Assembly (NCBI GenBank): GCA_965217895.1
Contig: CBDCJV010000002.1
Location: forward strand, 3,168,001 to 3,232,000
DNA length: 64,000 nt
From: Waterburya sp.
Lineage (GTDB): Bacteria > Cyanobacteriota > Cyanobacteriia > Cyanobacteriales > Xenococcaceae
Direction of reading: 5' to 3'
Shown here: one piece after another, positions 59,659-64,000 of the stretch
How positions within the stretch are numbered: position 1 is the stretch's first letter
Layout of the letters: the number at the start of each line of letters is the position of its first letter
Notes under the pieces: generated by a model
Database searches by the model: none
Told to the model about the DNA's origin: nothing
Seen by the model: the letters and a program-made list of their open reading frames with translations, nothing else
Translations under genes and position numbers: made by a program

Positions 59659-60114
59659 TCTAGTCATGATGAAAAGCCAACGCTGATAGGCAATTACATC
59701 AAGATTTAAAAATAGATCGGCTTGATACTCAAGCTTTAACCACAAATTACCAAAAGTCTCTTGAGAGCGATGCCTTCGGCTAGCTTCGCGCGATCGCCGT
59801 CGGGAATTTTAAGTATGACAAAAACTAAACATCAATAAGAGTCAAGAGTCAATTGGCTTGATGCAGTCAGGAGTATCATTTTTAGGACTGTTAACCTCCT
59901 TGCTCACTGGATATAGTTCTAAATCTACTTCAGGCAAAGCATCAAGTAATTGTTTTCTGTCTAGCGAGACTTGCCCTTGCGCCCTTCGGCGACGCGGGCT
60001 TCCTCGCTCTAATTCACCAAGCATTGACCATCCCTGAATATGTGACTTAAGTTTAATTCAACAGTATGTTAGTGATTTTTCTCTTCATCTACAATGGTCG
60101 AATAAAAGGGGAAT

Positions 60115-61080
60115 GTGTTTAGTCGAGTCATGGAGATTAAATCTTGTCAGCTACCGCCCTTACTTAAGCCTGGAGATTTAGTTGTGGCGATCGCGCCTTC
60201 TGGTGCGCTAAAAACAACCGATGCTTTGACCAAAGGCATCGAAATCTGGCAACAGCGCGGTTATCGAGTAGAATTAGGCAGCAATTATCAATCTTATTAT
60301 GGTTATTTAGCAGGAAGCGATCGCCATCGCCGAGAAGATCTAAAAGCAGCTTGGCATAATCCTGAATGTAAAGCCATCTTGTGTATTAGAGGTGGCTATG
60401 GCGGAGCAAGATTATTAGAAGACTGGAGTTGGCAACAACAAGGCTCAAACTCATCTCTTATCCCAGATCCTAAGTGGCTTATCGGCTTTTCTGACGTTAC
60501 CAGCCTATTATGGAGTTTAGCAACGGTAGATATTTCTGGTCTTCATGCTCCAGTATTGACGAGTTTGGCAACCGAACCAGAATGGGCGATATCTAGGATG
60601 TTTAATTATCTAGAAACAGGTCAGCTTGATGCGTTGCAGGGCAAAGGATATAAAAAAGGCAAGGCTTTGGGCAGATTGCTGCCAGCAAATTTAACCGTAG
60701 CCACCCATCTACTTCAAACGCCTCTTCAGCCAGACTTTACTGGGGCTATTTTAGCCTTTGAAGATGTTACCGAGTATCCCTATCGTATTGATAGAATGTT
60801 AACCCAATGGCGCATGATGGGAGTGCTGAAGAAAATTGGTGGCATTGCTTTAGGTCGCTTTAGCCGTTGTGAACCTTATCCAGGGGCTACTAGCTGGACG
60901 GTTGAAGAAGTATTGCGCGATCGCCTGGGAGACTTAAATATTCCTTTGATTTATGATTTGCCTTTTGGACACGATGGGGTAAATGCAGCTTTGCCAGTAG
61001 GACAACCTGTGGAGTTAAACGGTGACACGGGTGTCTTAAGCTGGAAGCTAAACTCTGCCAAAAATTCCGACACCGAATAA
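60115..61080 (+). CDS. LD-carboxypeptidase (peptidase S66)
   Basis: RGGYG, GFSD.T, ED..E.PYR.DRML, FGH. Confidence 0.93.
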   Translation: MFSRVMEIKSCQLPPLLKPGDLVVAIAPSGALKTTDALTKGIEIWQQRGYRVELGSNYQSYYGYLAGSDRHRREDLKAAWHNPECKAILCIRGGYGGARLLEDWSWQQQGSNSSLIPDPKWLIGFSDVTSLLWSLATVDISGLHAPVLTSLATEPEWAISRMFNYLETGQLDALQGKGYKKGKALGRLLPANLTVATHLLQTPLQPDFTGAILAFEDVTEYPYRIDRMLTQWRMMGVLKKIGGIALGRFSRCEPYPGATSWTVEEVLRDRLGDLNIPLIYDLPFGHDGVNAALPVGQPVELNGDTGVLSWKLNSAKNSDTE

Positions 61081-61126
61081 AGAATAAACAAACTAATATA
61101 TAACAGAACTCAAAGGAGAATTTATC

Positions 61127-61354
61127 TTGTCTCACACTATAGTCACAGAAACTTGCGAAGGAGTTGCTGATTGCGTTGATGCTTGTCCTGTTGCCTGTAT
61201 CCATGATGGTCCTGGCAAAAATAGCCAAGGAACAAACTGGTATTGGATCGATTTTGCCACCTGTATCGACTGTGGTATCTGTTTACAAGTCTGTCCCGTT
61301 GAGGGTGCAATACTGCCTGAAGAACGACCAGAACTCCAAAAAACACCGCAGTAG
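61127..61354 (+). CDS. bacterial-type Fe-S dicluster ferredoxin
   Basis: CEGVADCVDACP and CIDCGICLQVCP; aaggag RBS before the TTG start. Confidence 0.92.
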   Translation: MSHTIVTETCEGVADCVDACPVACIHDGPGKNSQGTNWYWIDFATCIDCGICLQVCPVEGAILPEERPELQKTPQ

Positions 61355-61629
61355 AGAATGAGGAAGCAAAAAATAGAATAATAGGGATGACTGTGATTTG
61401 CTGAGTGCATTAAAGCAATTTGCGCTGCTCTTAATTTGTAGCTTTTGGTATCAAAGGCTACTTAAATCAGGACAGATAGCAGATAATCTTATTTATATCT
61501 GTCCGCAAAGTTTTGGTGTATGGCAGGAATTTAGCTAGATAAAAAGCGCATACTTTTTATCTTTTGTTTCCTGAATCAACCACTACTGGGGATAGGTCAA
61601 CTTATACTCAGTAAAAGGCATAATTCCTA

Positions 61630-62622
61630 ATGGTAGCGATGGGTGTTTTTCCAGCTATCTACTCTACTCTTTCTCCTGAAGCTTTGATAGAGGAAGTGCT
61701 AGCTAGATATGAGTTAGGAGCGGTCGATCGGTGTTTATTTTGGAATCGTGGTTTAAGCGACATCTATCTAATAGACGCGAGAAATCAATCCTATATCCTC
61801 AAAATTTCTCACCATCATTGGCGTTCTCAGTCGGAAATTCAATTTGAGCTTGAGTTTCTTGATTTTCTCCACGAGCATAAAATTCCTGTTGCCAATCCTT
61901 TAAAGACTACAGATGACAAGCTCTTCGTCACTGTTCATGCCGTTGAAGGCGATCGCTATGCTGCTCTTTTTCCCTACGCTCCAGGAGAAGTGCCTCAAGG
62001 AGATCTAAATTTAGATCAGAGTAAAATTTTAGGTCAAACTTTAGGCAAAATACATCAAACATCTTTACACTTTCATAACTCAACCCCTCGTAAGCCTCTA
62101 GATATTGACTACTTGCTAGATGATTCACTAGCTGTAATAAGTCCTTATTTACGTCACAGAGTAAGCGATTTGCATTACTTAAATAAGGCGATATATGAAA
62201 TTAAGCAAAAGTTAACTTGTCTTGAACAAGTGCCACCTCTTTGGAGCGTTTGCTGGGGCGATCCTCATAGTGGCAACGTTCATTTTACTGCGGACAATCA
62301 GATAACTCTATTTGATTTCGATCAGTGTGGTTATGGGTGGCGAATTTTCGATCTGGCTAAATTTTTACAAGTTTCTCTAAATGCGGGCATCAATTGTCAG
62401 GTAAGAGATGCCTTTTTTCAAGGATACCAGTCAGTGCAAGAGCTTACTGAGGCAGAAATGCTGTCTTTGCAAGCTTTGACTCAAATGGCTCATATATGGA
62501 ACTGGGCAATCAGTATTAATGCTGCTGCAATTCACAATTGGTCTAAACTAGATGATTTTTATACGAATAAACGTCTGAATCAGCTAAAAAGATTAGGTAG
62601 TGGCGAATGGCAATTATTCTAA
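61630..62622 (+). CDS. APH-family phosphotransferase (homoserine kinase type II-like)
   Basis: CWGDPH.GN and FDFD motifs. Confidence 0.88.
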   Translation: MVAMGVFPAIYSTLSPEALIEEVLARYELGAVDRCLFWNRGLSDIYLIDARNQSYILKISHHHWRSQSEIQFELEFLDFLHEHKIPVANPLKTTDDKLFVTVHAVEGDRYAALFPYAPGEVPQGDLNLDQSKILGQTLGKIHQTSLHFHNSTPRKPLDIDYLLDDSLAVISPYLRHRVSDLHYLNKAIYEIKQKLTCLEQVPPLWSVCWGDPHSGNVHFTADNQITLFDFDQCGYGWRIFDLAKFLQVSLNAGINCQVRDAFFQGYQSVQELTEAEMLSLQALTQMAHIWNWAISINAAAIHNWSKLDDFYTNKRLNQLKRLGSGEWQLF

Positions 62623-63031
62623 GATAGTTAGTTGTCGATCTTTAGCTTTGGGGTTGCCCTGATAATTAATAGCTAAAGGATTGATTTATCAAAAAGCTTT
62701 TAGCTTTTAGCCTTTAGCTTTTAGTTTTGGTTTAACTGATAAAAGCGTTATTGAGTATAAGACTCCAACCTATACGGTTGTCTTCAATTAGGTAGAGTCC
62801 AAGACTCTATTTAATTGAGCTAAGAGCTAATAGCTGGGCGAAGCCCGTTTATTTTGTAATTTAGCAGAGCTGTTTGAATATAAAGTTTAGCTGTTTGCGG
62901 TTTAATTCAGCTAATCTAGTAAAATATTCTACTTAAAATACTTTTTAGATTAAAGTATTAACCAACCGTTACAGTAAATTTCTTCGTTTGGACGACGAAG
63001 AAATTTGTGAGCGAAAACTAACTCAAAACAA

Positions 63032-63628
63032 ATGAATCCACATTTTACAGAAGCTTCTTCTTTGGCAGCTATCGATCGCCAAGTTAACGGTAATAACCAA
63101 AATATTTCACCTGCCCAATATGAAATAATTCGTCAGGTTATTTACCATACTGCTGATTTTGAGTATATTTCCTTATTGAAGTTTTCTGAAGATGCACTAT
63201 CAAAAGGGGCAGCATCATTAAAAGTATCTACTCCAATTGTGGTGGATGTTCCAGAAATTCAGGTTAGTATCGTTCCTAAGCTCAAGAAAACTTTTTATAA
63301 TCCTGTTTATTGCTGTGCCACTACCAACAGCAAAATCGCTTCTGGATTAGAAACACTAGCAAAACAACATCCCAAGGGTATTTTTATCATCGGACAAAGT
63401 GAAATTGCTTTGACAACCTTAATAAATTTGATCGAGAGTAAAACAATTAATCCTAGTTTAGCGATCGCAACTGCACCGATATTTATTAAACCAGAGCGGA
63501 AAAAGTTCTCAGGTTCATCTTTTCCTCGTATTTATGTTGATAATTATAAAGGTGATGCTACAGTAGCTTCGGCAATTTTAAATAGCTTAGTCGATCTGAC
63601 TTGGCGGGCATACGGTCAAAATAAGTAA
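63032..63628 (+). CDS. precorrin-8X methylmutase (CobH/CbiC)-like protein, divergent
   Basis: S...ID, R.VIYHTADF, KG...A.AI.N.L. Confidence 0.75.
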   Translation: MNPHFTEASSLAAIDRQVNGNNQNISPAQYEIIRQVIYHTADFEYISLLKFSEDALSKGAASLKVSTPIVVDVPEIQVSIVPKLKKTFYNPVYCCATTNSKIASGLETLAKQHPKGIFIIGQSEIALTTLINLIESKTINPSLAIATAPIFIKPERKKFSGSSFPRIYVDNYKGDATVASAILNSLVDLTWRAYGQNK

Positions 63629-63661
63629 TAAGTAATAAGTAATAAGTAATGAGTATTTATT

Positions 63662-64000
63662 TTAGCGATCGCGACGTTTAATATTGCGGCTGCGGTTTCT
63701 TTTATCTACTCTTCTAGGGGTTACACCGCCTAACTGACGGCTAACCTCAGTAAAAACATCTCTTTGGATATAAGGATATTGTCCTACCCAAAGATTTTGT
63801 CTGGGAATATAGGCATCAGAAATCTTATTGATACGTCCTAAATCTGGCTGATTGGACAGCACTAATAACTCAACGGTTTCTCCAGGTTTTATGCTTTTAT
63901 AAATCCGCTGTAAAGGTGCTTGAACTGTGACTTCAAACCCTGTTTTATCTCCCAGGATCAGATTTATCCAGCGTTCGCGATTTTCAATAATTACTAGTTC
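63662..64000 (-). CDS. 3' part of a conserved cyanobacterial hypothetical protein (runs off the window)
   Basis: open frame from the window edge: ELVIIENRERWINL.LGD.TGF...SD.Y.P..NLWVG.YPY..RD.F. Confidence 0.7.
   Translation of the reverse strand, partial: ELVIIENRERWINLILGDKTGFEVTVQAPLQRIYKSIKPGETVELLVLSNQPDLGRINKISDAYIPRQNLWVGQYPYIQRDVFTEVSRQLGGVTPRRVDKRNRSRNIKRRDR

Noticed and set aside
59842..60024. 60-aa ORF
   Set aside because: Contains a dispersed repeat (cccttgcgcc..cggcgacgcggg, also at 38629-38653); possibly a gene remnant but not assignable.
3849..62128. Numerous short antisense/overlapping ORFs in the track (e.g. 3849, 9176, 14813, 17835, 20077-21124, 29957, 33360-34132, 40760-42401, 58683, 60890-61410)
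   Set aside because: Shadow frames of well-supported genes with no recognisable motifs.

Overview
AT-rich cyanobacterial chromosome segment, judged from dense HIP1 GCGATCGC octamers, heptamer tandem repeats and cyanobacterial gene families. The centrepiece is a co-directional minus-strand run of about 17.7 kb (35444 to 17702). It opens with a complete aryl-primed type II aromatic polyketide synthase set: KS-alpha, KS-beta/CLF, ACP, AcpS, benzoate/salicylate-CoA ligase, cupin, CMD protein, two further cyclases, salicylate synthase, hydrolase and a ketopantoate-reductase-like enzyme. It continues without a strand change into an HlyD protein, a cellulose-synthase-like GT2 with a degenerate PilZ domain, a glycosidase-like protein, a TPR protein and an MFS exporter. 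A fabD lies divergently. My leading hypothesis (inference) is a polyketide pigment made and exported together with sheath polysaccharide. Also present: an arsenosugar gene cluster (arsS, ArsM-like, TIGR04282), an ISAs1 pseudogene nested in a MITE and full of small hairpin insertions, a tandem pair of putative sRNAs, a TetR-controlled redox cassette with gene-fragment scars, a RelE-type TA pair, a type IIIA P-type H+-ATPase, a cold-shock-domain gene, an uncalled 35-aa ORF and an NDH-2 that appears to need a non-canonical start. All family calls come from motif recognition; no database searches were run.
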